A stretch of DNA of 32,600 bases from Bacteroidota bacterium (GTDB lineage: Bacteria; Bacteroidota; Bacteroidia; Chitinophagales; Chitinophagaceae): positions 1-32,600 of the forward strand of contig JANNYV010000423.1 in assembly GCA_031410275.1 (NCBI GenBank), written 5' to 3'. Both the position numbers and the translations under genes were made by a program. The number at the start of each line of letters is the position of its first letter. The first letter of the stretch is position 1. A model generated the notes under the pieces. The model had not been told where the DNA came from and searched no databases. It was given only the letters and a program-made list of their open reading frames with translations. Shown here piece by piece: positions 13,451 to 22,203 of this stretch.

Positions 13451-16369
13451 TTATTTCGCTATTACTAATCTGTGCACTGATTTCTTATTATTCATATCCA
13501 GCTTTACAAAATAAATACCATTCGCTAATGAGGAGGTATTAATCTTTAATTGATTGTTTACCACCGTAGCCTTCGTATTGTGAAGAATAGTTTCTCCGAT
13601 AGTATTTAAAATGGTATAGTTCATCGTTCCATTCTCAGTAGTCATAATAGTAATTTCGTTTGAAGCAGGGTTCGGATAAATAGAGGCTTGTAAACTATTT
13701 ACATCCGGTAACCCGGCAGGGCTCCCTAAATCAAGAATTTCGATATCGTCTATTGCTGCTTCTACCCATGTACCTGCTACACCTGTAGAGATAGAGTCAG
13801 TGGCGGTAAACATAAGTTTTGCTGTACTGCCTTGTGTCAAATCAGGAATGACTACACTACGTCTCCAACTTACATCAGGCTTAAATGTTTTTTCTACTAC
13901 ATTCCAAGTAGTTCCGTTATTATATGATATCCAAACTCTCCATAAATCTTTTCCCGGATTTGAAGTGCTTTGACTATTTGTGTACCATCTCCAATATGAA
14001 ATGACAGGATTGGTATATTTAGAAAGGTCATATGCTTCTGTAATTAATGATGTTCTGCCACCATCTACATCTGCATTACCTGCTTGGCTCGATGCTGATG
14101 TCGCATTGGCTGTAACAGCACATTTGCCTGTACCTGTTGTATGATCTTTTCCTGTTTGAACTGTGTCACCATTTGTCACCGAAGAAAGAGGCACATCAAT
14201 TACCCATTTACCCGCAGTGGCATTATCATTTGGCGCATTGCCTACAGTCCAGCCGGCAGATGCGCTAGTTAAATTTGTAAATGGCTCATTGAATTGGGAA
14301 TGATAACCAACCAATAAATAGTTTGGAATATTTCGATTGGTGAAACCATTGCTGAATGCTGCGTTTGCCGGTGAGAATACAGATAATAAGTTTGTATAAT
14401 CATACACGGCAAAAATATATTCATACACATCACCTAATGTTGCCGATGGAAATTGACATGTATAATTTGTACCTGATTTTGTCATTAATGTTGTATCCGT
14501 TGCAGTGGTTCCTTTTTTTCTGTATATCATTTTCATATCACCAAGGAAGGCAGGATAATCGGCCAAGGCATCAGCACTAATTGAAACAGGAACACCGGCA
14601 CTTATTGTACCCGGTGATGTATGATTGACTGTGGTATTGCTTAATAAATAAATTCCGTGTGCTGCAAAAGCCGGTACGATATCACCGAAATGTGGAGTGC
14701 CGTCATTTAAATTCGCATTGTTATCATCATACAATAATGCATCAATTAAAATATCGTGATACACAGTTCCTTCGGTTCCGTCAGGGCCTGTAGCTAAACC
14801 ATAATATGATTTTGCAAACAAATCACCCATTGAATCTATACTACCCCAGTTACCTGCCACATCCCACCATGCACCGGCAATAATTTCACCATCGGCATGC
14901 ACTTCACCTACGATGTCCTGAGGATATACTTTTGGATTAATATCATAACGTCGAATATAATCTGTTGGTGAGTTTGCCCCTGCGCCAATAATCCCTGTTT
15001 TTAATATACAATTTGCCCAAGTATCTGAATATCCTTCACCCATGGCGCCATTGTCAAAACTCCCGCCTTGCCATGTATAAAATTTATCGCTAATACCATG
15101 TCCATATTCATGACTCATTACGTCACCAATATAGGAGAAGGCATTACATCCGCCACCGGCTGCATAAAAATTAATATCCGTACCTGAATAAAATGCATTG
15201 CAAGTACCAACCACATCTACGTTAGCCGGTAATGGATTATCCATCACGGTAAATGTTGGGTACTTCGTTTTCATAAAATCATGAACAGTATTTACATGAT
15301 AATACACATTTACACCTCTGTCATTTGCATGAGGAACTGTAATATCGAATGTTGTAGAATCGCCTGAAACCGAAAATGTGTGCGAATAGGATGCAGCAGC
15401 TGTTGCGCTCCCACCATCATCAATTACTTGTACCCATTTTCCTTCTAATGAAATGGTGGCTGTGCCAGAAGGAACCGACGCAATTCCGGTTACAGCATCT
15501 GTATAATAGGTTGTGGTCCCTACTTTTACTTTCAGATTTTTCAATGGACGGTTTTCCGTCGGTGTATATTGATTTATTGGATGCACATCACCTTTCACCT
15601 TCACATCAAAAAATTTCACTTGGTTTTGACGGTATAAAATTTCACCTGAATTGGCATCTACATAAGTCAAATAATTGCCCGGCGTTTTATTGTAGTTGAT
15701 TGTTTTTACATTCACTGCATACGCTAAACGGTAATCATATTTTCCATCAACTGGATAAGGGAATATTTTTAAATCATTGCTGACAGACGAATTTGTAATA
15801 CTCGTTGTAATGGCTTGCTCTGCTTTTAAAATAGCCGTTGCAGGTGTAATACTTGCGCTTAATGCCGGAATAGAACGATAAGCATCTAAACCAATCATCA
15901 CAATTTTTAAATCTTGTGTGAACCGCACACTCACTCTGCTCCAAAGAACTTCAACTCCGTTATGTACTTGTTTAAAATCGACATTGATATAGGTGCCGTC
16001 ATTGTAATTACGGGTTAATGTCAATTCATTTAATGGCAAATTGAAGGCTGCGAATTCTTGTTGAAGAAATGCTTTCGCTTTTGTCACAGCATCGTTACCA
16101 CCACCAGCAAATGCAATAGGTGTGCCAAGCGCACGATGCGGCAATTTTGTATAGCGATTAAAGGTTCCTCCCCACGTTGGGTAATGTTGTGTAAATTGTT
16201 TCCAGGCAGTTTGGTTATTCAGGTATGAAGTGTTTATTCCATTCATAGCATCTTTGGCTTCATTAAAAGGCGTAATGTCTTTGTTTACATCACCGGCTTG
16301 ATGAAGATCCTGAGCATATATATTGCTCAAAATTAAAAGACCAAATAATGAAAGAGTGAGTTGTTTCAT
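13451..16369 (-). CDS. T9SS-secreted M36 (fungalysin)-like zinc metalloprotease
   Basis: - **Signal peptide:** MKQLTLSLFGLLILSNIYAQ from the ATG at 16369.
- **Propeptide:** an FTP/PepSY-like region (LNELTLTRNY...VHNGVEVLWSRVSVRF).
- **Zinc site:** HEYGHGISD followed by GEGYSDTWA, the M36-type HExxH...GEGxSD arrangement.
- **C-terminal part:** extra beta-sandwich region, then the sorting domain ASIYPNPASNEITI...GIYFVKLD. Confidence 0.8.
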   Translation of the reverse strand: MKQLTLSLFGLLILSNIYAQDLHQAGDVNKDITPFNEAKDAMNGINTSYLNNQTAWKQFTQHYPTWGGTFNRYTKLPHRALGTPIAFAGGGNDAVTKAKAFLQQEFAAFNLPLNELTLTRNYNDGTYINVDFKQVHNGVEVLWSRVSVRFTQDLKIVMIGLDAYRSIPALSASITPATAILKAEQAITTSITNSSVSNDLKIFPYPVDGKYDYRLAYAVNVKTINYNKTPGNYLTYVDANSGEILYRQNQVKFFDVKVKGDVHPINQYTPTENRPLKNLKVKVGTTTYYTDAVTGIASVPSGTATISLEGKWVQVIDDGGSATAAASYSHTFSVSGDSTTFDITVPHANDRGVNVYYHVNTVHDFMKTKYPTFTVMDNPLPANVDVVGTCNAFYSGTDINFYAAGGGCNAFSYIGDVMSHEYGHGISDKFYTWQGGSFDNGAMGEGYSDTWANCILKTGIIGAGANSPTDYIRRYDINPKVYPQDIVGEVHADGEIIAGAWWDVAGNWGSIDSMGDLFAKSYYGLATGPDGTEGTVYHDILIDALLYDDNNANLNDGTPHFGDIVPAFAAHGIYLLSNTTVNHTSPGTISAGVPVSISADALADYPAFLGDMKMIYRKKGTTATDTTLMTKSGTNYTCQFPSATLGDVYEYIFAVYDYTNLLSVFSPANAAFSNGFTNRNIPNYLLVGYHSQFNEPFTNLTSASAGWTVGNAPNDNATAGKWVIDVPLSSVTNGDTVQTGKDHTTGTGKCAVTANATSASSQAGNADVDGGRTSLITEAYDLSKYTNPVISYWRWYTNSQSTSNPGKDLWRVWISYNNGTTWNVVEKTFKPDVSWRRSVVIPDLTQGSTAKLMFTATDSISTGVAGTWVEAAIDDIEILDLGSPAGLPDVNSLQASIYPNPASNEITIMTTENGTMNYTILNTIGETILHNTKATVVNNQLKINTSSLANGIYFVKLDMNNKKSVHRLVIAK

Positions 16370-16469
16370 TTTAAATTTATTTTTTAGAACCTTGAAATTA
16401 TACACTAAGCGCCATTCCGCCAAAAAAAATGCGGTGAAACGGGGAAATGGAATAAGGGAAAAGATATGC

Positions 16470-16522
16470 GTTACGGGTTAGGGTGTTACGGGTTAGGGAG
16501 TTATGAGTTAGGGAGTTACGAA
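16470..16522. repeat. Tandem 15-mer (7+8) repeat GTTACGGGTTAGGGT / GTTACGGGTTAGGGA / GTTATGAGTTAGGGA / GTTACGAA
   Basis: Read directly from the sequence: 3.5 units, about 100 nt upstream of the M36 protease start on the opposite strand. Confidence 0.9.
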
Positions 16523-16745
16523 TTTGCGGGATGTAGCACACTTCTTAAGCATATCGTCTGAATAGAGATTTTTCAGCTGGTACCCAACGCGTTGACACAT
16601 AAGTCGTAAGGACCAACCCGCAAACTCGTCATCGTTCTTCGCGTTAGGGATAGTAGTGGAAAGCCCGCAGTGCAGGCATTTGAAATGGGTTTGTGCGTGG
16701 CATGGCTGACCGAGGACTTGAAACGAATAGCCCGCCCGAACGCCC
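16523..16745 (-). repeat. GC-rich structured intergenic element, copy B (core 16641-16745, with a 5'-ward extension); possible small RNA
   Basis: The minus strand carries GGGCGTT..GCTATTCGTTTCAAG...GCGGGCTTTCCACTACTATCCCTAACGC, which aligns with copy A at about 13/15 and 18/25 over the two conserved blocks. The closing stem is GCGTT/AACGC, against GCGTG/CACGC in copy A. In the extension, a perfect 8-bp stem pairs TTTGCGGG (16523-16530) with CCCGCAAA (16617-16624). GC content is far above the flanks. Confidence 0.5.
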
Positions 16746-16773
16746 AAAATTTTCTTCAAAAAATGTCAATGCT

Positions 16774-18126
16774 TTATTCCTTGATTAATTTCTGTGTAAA
16801 CTGAATACCTGATTTTCCTTTGACAATCAAAAAATAAAGACCGGGTACAAGGTCAGTACTCACTTCAATATTCTGATGTGAGATACCACTTGGATATTGG
16901 GTGTATTGGTTGGAATCAAAAACTGCTTTGCCCGTCATGTCGGTCAATGTAAAGTATAATTGTTCCGCCTTTGTCAAATTTATATTGAGTTGAATAGCCG
17001 AGCTAAATGGATTTGGGCTCGCCTGAATATTGAATGCCCAAGATGTATTGTCATAAATGGAGGAGACCGAATTACACAAAAGTGCCGAACCTGTTTTTGA
17101 ATTGAATGTTCCATTATCGACCCACCAATCTTGCCAGATGCCTCCATTATTTGTATAGGTAGGTGTCGCACCAAAATTTCGCAAATCAAAATATTGTGTG
17201 CCGCTACTGTCGGATTGTATTTTATATACCTTCACTACGGTGCTGTCTTGTTTCCAATTTAATGGAGTGCCACTGACACAATTCTGAATGGCATTATTTC
17301 CGGCACAATCTACTCGAAGAAAATAAGCATTATCATCGGCTGATGGTTTTCCGCCGTACACAGTGGCTTTATAATTTGTATCAATAAATACGGATGTATA
17401 TTCATCGCAGGCAATGGCATTTATTTTTACATTGCTGTCTTTCCATGTGCGGGCCATAAAGGTCATTAATCGTCCGTTGCGGTTATAATAATCGAAATGT
17501 GTATCGGTGATTATATCTTCTAATAAAGGATTATGAAGAAAATCTGAACTGCCGATGGTCACTGTTGGATCATATGGATTTGCCAACACAGTGGGCGATT
17601 GTGCGCTGCCTCCTTGAGCTGAATTGTAATACTCACTCATAATAGCCATGCCGGCGCTAGTGCCGCCAACAGGCACATGCCTGACATTAATCAAATAATT
17701 GATGGCTGTATTTAATGGTGTGTTTTTCCAATTCGAAACATAGGTCCATTGGTCGCCACCTGCGATCCATAGGGCCTCCGCATTGCGAACCGTTTGCACA
17801 ACAAACGAATCATTGGCAGCGGCAACAGTGGGTATTAAAAGTGTTTGTACAGAATTTACCTGTACGCCCAAATCGCTGTATAAATAAATATTGTATCCGT
17901 CTGAGCCACTAGTTCGTATGACTACAATATCACCATGATCGGCATATTGAAGAAACTTGGTCATAGCCTGATCATCTTCTGTAGCACCGCCCATCAATAA
18001 GGTGCAGGGAGCTGGTGAAGTGACTGTATCATTTGGGCTGCCTATGCTCCATAAGGTATAGGTTTGGGCAACTGATTGAAGATGCATGAAAAATGCTACG
18101 AAGCAAAGCGGGAAAATTTTATACAT
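16774..18126 (-). CDS. T9SS-secreted peptidase S51 family protein (cyanophycinase/dipeptidase E-like)
   Basis: The signal peptide is MYKIFPLCFVAFFMHLQSVAQ from the ATG at 18126. The motifs LLMGGATEDD, LWIAGGDQW and the nucleophile elbow VGGTSAGMAI are typical of S51. The C-terminal sorting domain is ASPNPFSSAIQLNI...GLYFLIVKG. Confidence 0.7.
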   Translation of the reverse strand: MYKIFPLCFVAFFMHLQSVAQTYTLWSIGSPNDTVTSPAPCTLLMGGATEDDQAMTKFLQYADHGDIVVIRTSGSDGYNIYLYSDLGVQVNSVQTLLIPTVAAANDSFVVQTVRNAEALWIAGGDQWTYVSNWKNTPLNTAINYLINVRHVPVGGTSAGMAIMSEYYNSAQGGSAQSPTVLANPYDPTVTIGSSDFLHNPLLEDIITDTHFDYYNRNGRLMTFMARTWKDSNVKINAIACDEYTSVFIDTNYKATVYGGKPSADDNAYFLRVDCAGNNAIQNCVSGTPLNWKQDSTVVKVYKIQSDSSGTQYFDLRNFGATPTYTNNGGIWQDWWVDNGTFNSKTGSALLCNSVSSIYDNTSWAFNIQASPNPFSSAIQLNINLTKAEQLYFTLTDMTGKAVFDSNQYTQYPSGISHQNIEVSTDLVPGLYFLIVKGKSGIQFTQKLIKE

Positions 18127-18240
18127 GTTTTTTTTGTTGCAATGTAGTAAGAAAATAGGTCCTACCATTTTCAAACCTTAATTTATTTTGCTACTATTGT
18201 GAAGATAATTTTTATCATCCCTAAAAAAATAAAAAAACAA

Positions 18241-19044
18241 ATGAAAACAATCGAACAAATTGAAACCGACAAAACATCATTCTCTATTGGGCTGGCCCTT
18301 TCTGATGGATGGAAATTAGTATCTAAAAATCTGTTGTTTTATATCCTCGGGTTACTTGTGTCTTGTGTTATTTTAGGAGGTAGCTATTTGATTCCTATTT
18401 TAGGATCGTTTGCCAGCTCATTAATTTTAATGCCTTGTTTGATTGCCGGCGGTATTTATGTAACATGGCAGATTTCGAATGGCAAGGCATGGACAGATTT
18501 TGGCGATATGTTTAAAGGGTTTGGTTTCTTAACGCCGCTTATGGTCAGTTCACTTATTCAAATGCTAGTTAGTTTAGCCATTATGGTCATATTATTTATC
18601 AGTTATATTCCTGAATTGTTGCAGTTGTTCAAGCTGTCATCAGGTGGTGGAACGTTTAGCAATAAAGATGAAATCAAAGATTTAGTGTTTAGTATGTTGA
18701 ATGCTAAAACAGTTATTTTATTTTTGGTAGCCTTTTTAGGTTCACTTTTTATTTCTATTATTTGGGCATTCAAATCCTATTTTATTGTCATTTATAAATT
18801 ACAGGCATGGCCAGCTATGGAGGCATCTCGCAAGTTAGCCATGAAGAATTTTTTTGAATTACTAGGCTTGTTTATTATCCTTGGTTTAATTTTTATTGTA
18901 AGTGCTCTACCATGCCTTATTGGTTTAATTTTCACATTGCCATGGATTGTGGGCGTCATTTACAGTGCCTTCGCACAATTAACAGATTGCAATAATGCCT
19001 ATGATTTGAAAAAAGAAGGTTTTGATTTTATGAAAGAGGAGTAA
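18241..19044 (+). CDS. Polytopic inner-membrane protein of unknown function
   Basis: I count about six hydrophobic helices (for example LLFYILGLLVSCVILGG and LGLFIILGLIFIVSALPCLIGLIF). I prefer the ATG at 18241 (MKTIEQIE). I did not recognise a family. Confidence 0.6.
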   Translation: MKTIEQIETDKTSFSIGLALSDGWKLVSKNLLFYILGLLVSCVILGGSYLIPILGSFASSLILMPCLIAGGIYVTWQISNGKAWTDFGDMFKGFGFLTPLMVSSLIQMLVSLAIMVILFISYIPELLQLFKLSSGGGTFSNKDEIKDLVFSMLNAKTVILFLVAFLGSLFISIIWAFKSYFIVIYKLQAWPAMEASRKLAMKNFFELLGLFIILGLIFIVSALPCLIGLIFTLPWIVGVIYSAFAQLTDCNNAYDLKKEGFDFMKEE

Positions 19045-19047
19045 GGG

Positions 19048-19078
19048 CGATGTCCGATATTCGATATCCGATGTCCGG
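19048..19078. repeat. Heptamer-periodic tract CGATGTC CGATATT CGATATC CGATGTC CGG (reverse complement of the CATCGRA family)
   Basis: Read directly from the sequence. It starts 4 nt after the stop of the membrane-protein gene and lies between two convergent 3' ends. Confidence 0.85.
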
Positions 19079-19107
19079 CAAACTGATGTAGACATCAAGC
19101 CTTTAAT

Positions 19108-21522
19108 TTATCCAAATGGCACGATCACCTTTAGCGAAATATTTCGCCCCATATTGTAAACACCTTTTCTTCCTGTAAGACTATTTATGTCAGCATATTT
19201 CAAACGGCTCAAATGACTTTGATAGGCTTTGTTTGTCAAATTATTCCCACTAAGAAATATTGAACAATATGGATGTTTTTTATATTCGATATTGGCTCCA
19301 AGCCCTGCATTTAGTAATGTATAGCCGGATGTAGCGGTTTCTGTTCCGAAGGCTTTGAAATAGTGATGCTGTGCAAAATAATTTTCAATGTCTATTTTAA
19401 AATAGGTATTGTGAAGATATTTTCCGAGTGTTGGTTTTTCTATTTTAAATTCGGTTCTCAATTTTGCCGGTGGCGTTAAAGGCAAATATTTCAAGGAATC
19501 GGGTTGCGCATATTGTTGCGATTGCACATACGAAAACGCGTTTTGAATATGCAACCAATCTAATGGGTGAGGGTGAATATCAATCATCAATTCTCCACCA
19601 GCAAGATTTGCATTGCCTTGCACAAATTTAAATGTTTGAAGTGCATTAGAAATTGAGTCACCGCCCAAAACACTGCTGAGTTTTCGTTGATAAATAAAAT
19701 GTTGAATCCTATTGTCAAATAAATCTAACTCCAATGTAAGATGTTTGGTATTCACTCCGAAGGTGGCATCGATTTCCCAACTGTTTTCAGGTCGAAGAGC
19801 AGCATCACCAATTTCATACCTGTTTGTTCCTTCATGTTCACCATTGGCACCAAGCTCACCAATATTGGGTGCCCGAAACCCTCTTGATAAATTTAATTTC
19901 GTGTATGTTTTTTTCGAAAGTTGATATGCAAACCCAAGACTACCCGATATGCCCTGAAAGACGGTATTGAATTTATTGAATTTTTCTATGTTGTTTGCAT
20001 TCTCTATTTCCGTCTTCATTCCATTTTCATCGAGCATTAATTTATCTCCATGTTCATTTCGTATATCATATCGCAGGCCACCGCTGATATCTATTTGATT
20101 GATTGTTTTCTTGGCGATAAAAAAACCGCCGATATCAAACAAATTATATTCAGGCACTAAAAATTCGATGCCTTTATTTTGTGCGATTTGATACATCCCA
20201 TTGGCCCCGAGAGAAAGGTTCCAGTGATTCATTTCAGGTAACACATATCGAATATCATAGTTGAGAGTATTTAATAAAAAGTATAATCCGTATTCATCCG
20301 GTTTCAATATATCTGCAAACTCTTGCCGTTGATTTTGTTGATAACCCACTACAAATTTTAAACTCCCTTCATGAATATAAAAATTATTATTCCAAACTGC
20401 CTTATAATGATGTATTTGCTGGTAAGGCGTAATAGGTGTGTACATTTTATTGTCTGCAGTACTTACTAATTGTGTTTCGGATGTTGAATCATTCAGCGCA
20501 ACATCTTTTATAAATTTTCCGCTGACACTATCCCTCGTGCCTTCTACAATACCGGGCATTAAATGATACGTGCTAAAACTCAAATGCGAATAACCCCATG
20601 ATTTATTTAAGCCAATGACGGTGCTTATATTATTTTCTTTAAAACCCGAATTGAAGACATACCCGTCATATTTATCTTTATATGCATGCGCTGCTTTCCG
20701 GCTGCAACGAATATCCCAAATCAATCCTTTATGATTCCCTGCAATATTTGCCGACACATCATACAAACCATTATTGCTTTGATAATTGCCAATCAATGTT
20801 CCGTTTATTTTTCCGGCTGGTAAGGTTGGGAATGAAATCATATTCACTACACCTGCCATGGCATCACTTCCGAAAGCAAGACTGGCAGGACCTTTGAGTA
20901 TCTCAACTTTATTGATAGAATTTTCATCTATTTCAATACCATGCTCATCGCCCCATTGCTGACCTTCTTGCCGGATGCCATCATTCACCACCACCACTCT
21001 ATTATATCCGAGCCCTCGGATTACAGGTTTTGAAATGCCTGCACCTGTAGTCACTTGCGACACACCGGCTTGCGTTGTAATCGCATCTATAATATTTGTG
21101 GATGCATTTTGCAATAATGAAATATGGGAAATTGAAGCGATTGAAGTTGGCGTTCTGTTTCGTTCCGTTGCTTTCGATAAACCGGTAACCACCACATCAT
21201 GTATTTCTTTGACCGATTCTTCCAACACAAAATTCATTGTTGTTGTTTGTGATAAATCGATATGCTCAATGACGGTTTGATACCCAATAAAACTAATTTG
21301 TATCAGTACTATTTTATTTGGTAAATTTTCTATTTTATACATACCATCTTTATTACTGATGGTTCCCGTTTTTAAATCAGGCAAATAAATAGATACACCC
21401 GGCATTGTTTCACCGGTTTTTTTATCCGTAATTTTTCCGTTTAAACTTGTTTTCGAATTCGTTGCAAAGGCTAAGTTAGAAAGCAATGCAATGAATGAAA
21501 TGAGAATGATATTAATTTTCAT
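19108..21522 (-). CDS. TonB-dependent receptor with N-terminal carboxypeptidase-regulatory-like domain
   Basis: It has a signal peptide, then LNGKITDKKTGETMPGVSIYLPDLKTGTISNKDGMYKIENLP, a CarboxypepD_reg-like fold. Plug motifs follow (ILKGPASLAFGSDAMAGVVNM), then a long beta-barrel. The length is 804 aa. Confidence 0.88.
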   Translation of the reverse strand: MKINIILISFIALLSNLAFATNSKTSLNGKITDKKTGETMPGVSIYLPDLKTGTISNKDGMYKIENLPNKIVLIQISFIGYQTVIEHIDLSQTTTMNFVLEESVKEIHDVVVTGLSKATERNRTPTSIASISHISLLQNASTNIIDAITTQAGVSQVTTGAGISKPVIRGLGYNRVVVVNDGIRQEGQQWGDEHGIEIDENSINKVEILKGPASLAFGSDAMAGVVNMISFPTLPAGKINGTLIGNYQSNNGLYDVSANIAGNHKGLIWDIRCSRKAAHAYKDKYDGYVFNSGFKENNISTVIGLNKSWGYSHLSFSTYHLMPGIVEGTRDSVSGKFIKDVALNDSTSETQLVSTADNKMYTPITPYQQIHHYKAVWNNNFYIHEGSLKFVVGYQQNQRQEFADILKPDEYGLYFLLNTLNYDIRYVLPEMNHWNLSLGANGMYQIAQNKGIEFLVPEYNLFDIGGFFIAKKTINQIDISGGLRYDIRNEHGDKLMLDENGMKTEIENANNIEKFNKFNTVFQGISGSLGFAYQLSKKTYTKLNLSRGFRAPNIGELGANGEHEGTNRYEIGDAALRPENSWEIDATFGVNTKHLTLELDLFDNRIQHFIYQRKLSSVLGGDSISNALQTFKFVQGNANLAGGELMIDIHPHPLDWLHIQNAFSYVQSQQYAQPDSLKYLPLTPPAKLRTEFKIEKPTLGKYLHNTYFKIDIENYFAQHHYFKAFGTETATSGYTLLNAGLGANIEYKKHPYCSIFLSGNNLTNKAYQSHLSRLKYADINSLTGRKGVYNMGRNISLKVIVPFG

Positions 21523-21647
21523 TTAAATTATTTTTTGTTGAGTAAAAAATGCAATTCAAGCAATATCAATGAAAGGGAAAATGCATCGCATAATGACCAT
21601 TCAAAAAATACTTGAATAAAATAGAAGTAAAAAAAGTAGTGACTACT

Positions 21648-21992
21648 TTACACAACAAAAAAAGGAGGAGCACGCAATTGCTTACATGAATACACATTGC
21701 TGTGCAAGCATTTTTCCTGCATTGCTTTTAAGGCAATGCTAAAAAAGAATTGCTTCCAGGAAAAATCGTAGAAAGGAATTTGAATAGTAGCGGCAGAAAA
21801 TTGCTGATCAATTTTCAATAATTCACAATGATGGTGTTCATTCGATATTTGCAAACCATCTTTACTACAGACCAATTTATGAACAGTATCGGTATGATGA
21901 GTAAACGCATGGTACAATTCTTTGGGCGTGCTGTACAATACAAAAACACCGAGCAGTAAAATCGAGAATATACGTTTAGTTTGCAATTGCAT
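21648..21992 (-). CDS. Small membrane-anchored His/Cys-rich protein upstream of the TonB-dependent receptor
   Basis: It has an N-terminal anchor, IFSILLLGVFVLY. His clusters follow (HAFTHHTDTVH and NEHHHCELL), and the C-terminus ends CKQLRAPPFFVV. It may belong to the small Bacteroidota family named for HYC/CC/PP motifs, but I cannot verify that here. Confidence 0.5.
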   Translation of the reverse strand: MQLQTKRIFSILLLGVFVLYSTPKELYHAFTHHTDTVHKLVCSKDGLQISNEHHHCELLKIDQQFSAATIQIPFYDFSWKQFFFSIALKAMQEKCLHSNVYSCKQLRAPPFFVV

Positions 21993-22203
21993 AAGAACGT
22001 AAAAATAGTTAAGTATTTCTGAGACCCAAATTTTATTTCAATTTAAGGCATTTCAAAAGATTGATTTCGAGGCTGAGAGAGGCTTTACGCGATATCAGAA
22101 AATCATATTATATTTATCTTAATTCATTTAAAATCAATTAGTTATGAATTATGAATAGTTTGGCATTAAACTTGCTTTTTCATTCATTGAAAAAGCAGAT
22201 AAA

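Noticed and set aside
16470-16522. CRISPR-like or telomere-like repeat (contains GGGTTAGGG)
   Set aside because: The units are directly adjacent 15-mers with no spacers, far shorter than CRISPR repeats, and no cas genes are present. The resemblance to TTAGGG is coincidental in a bacterial chromosome interior.
16523-16745. Possible tmRNA, RNase P RNA, SRP RNA or 6S RNA, because it is a GC-rich island in an AT-rich genome
   Set aside because: I could not find the following:
- The tmRNA 5' GGGGCUGA..UUCGAC start, the tRNA-like 3' end or a plausible ANDxxxALAA-type tag
- The RNase P GGAAAGUCCGGGC, ACAGAA or GGUAAGGGUGAAA blocks
- The SRP GGUCAGGUCCGGAAGGAAGCAGCC motif

A second, shorter copy at 3447-3552 also argues for a repeat family rather than a single-copy housekeeping RNA. 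A cmsearch is still needed.
16508-16759. 83-aa ORF on the minus strand (MKKILGVRAGYSFQVLGQPCHAQTHFKCLHCGL...)
   Set aside because: It lies entirely within the GC-rich structured repeat and the 15-mer tandem tract. It has no promoter or start context and no recognisable fold. Its open frame is most simply a by-product of GC-rich, stop-poor sequence.
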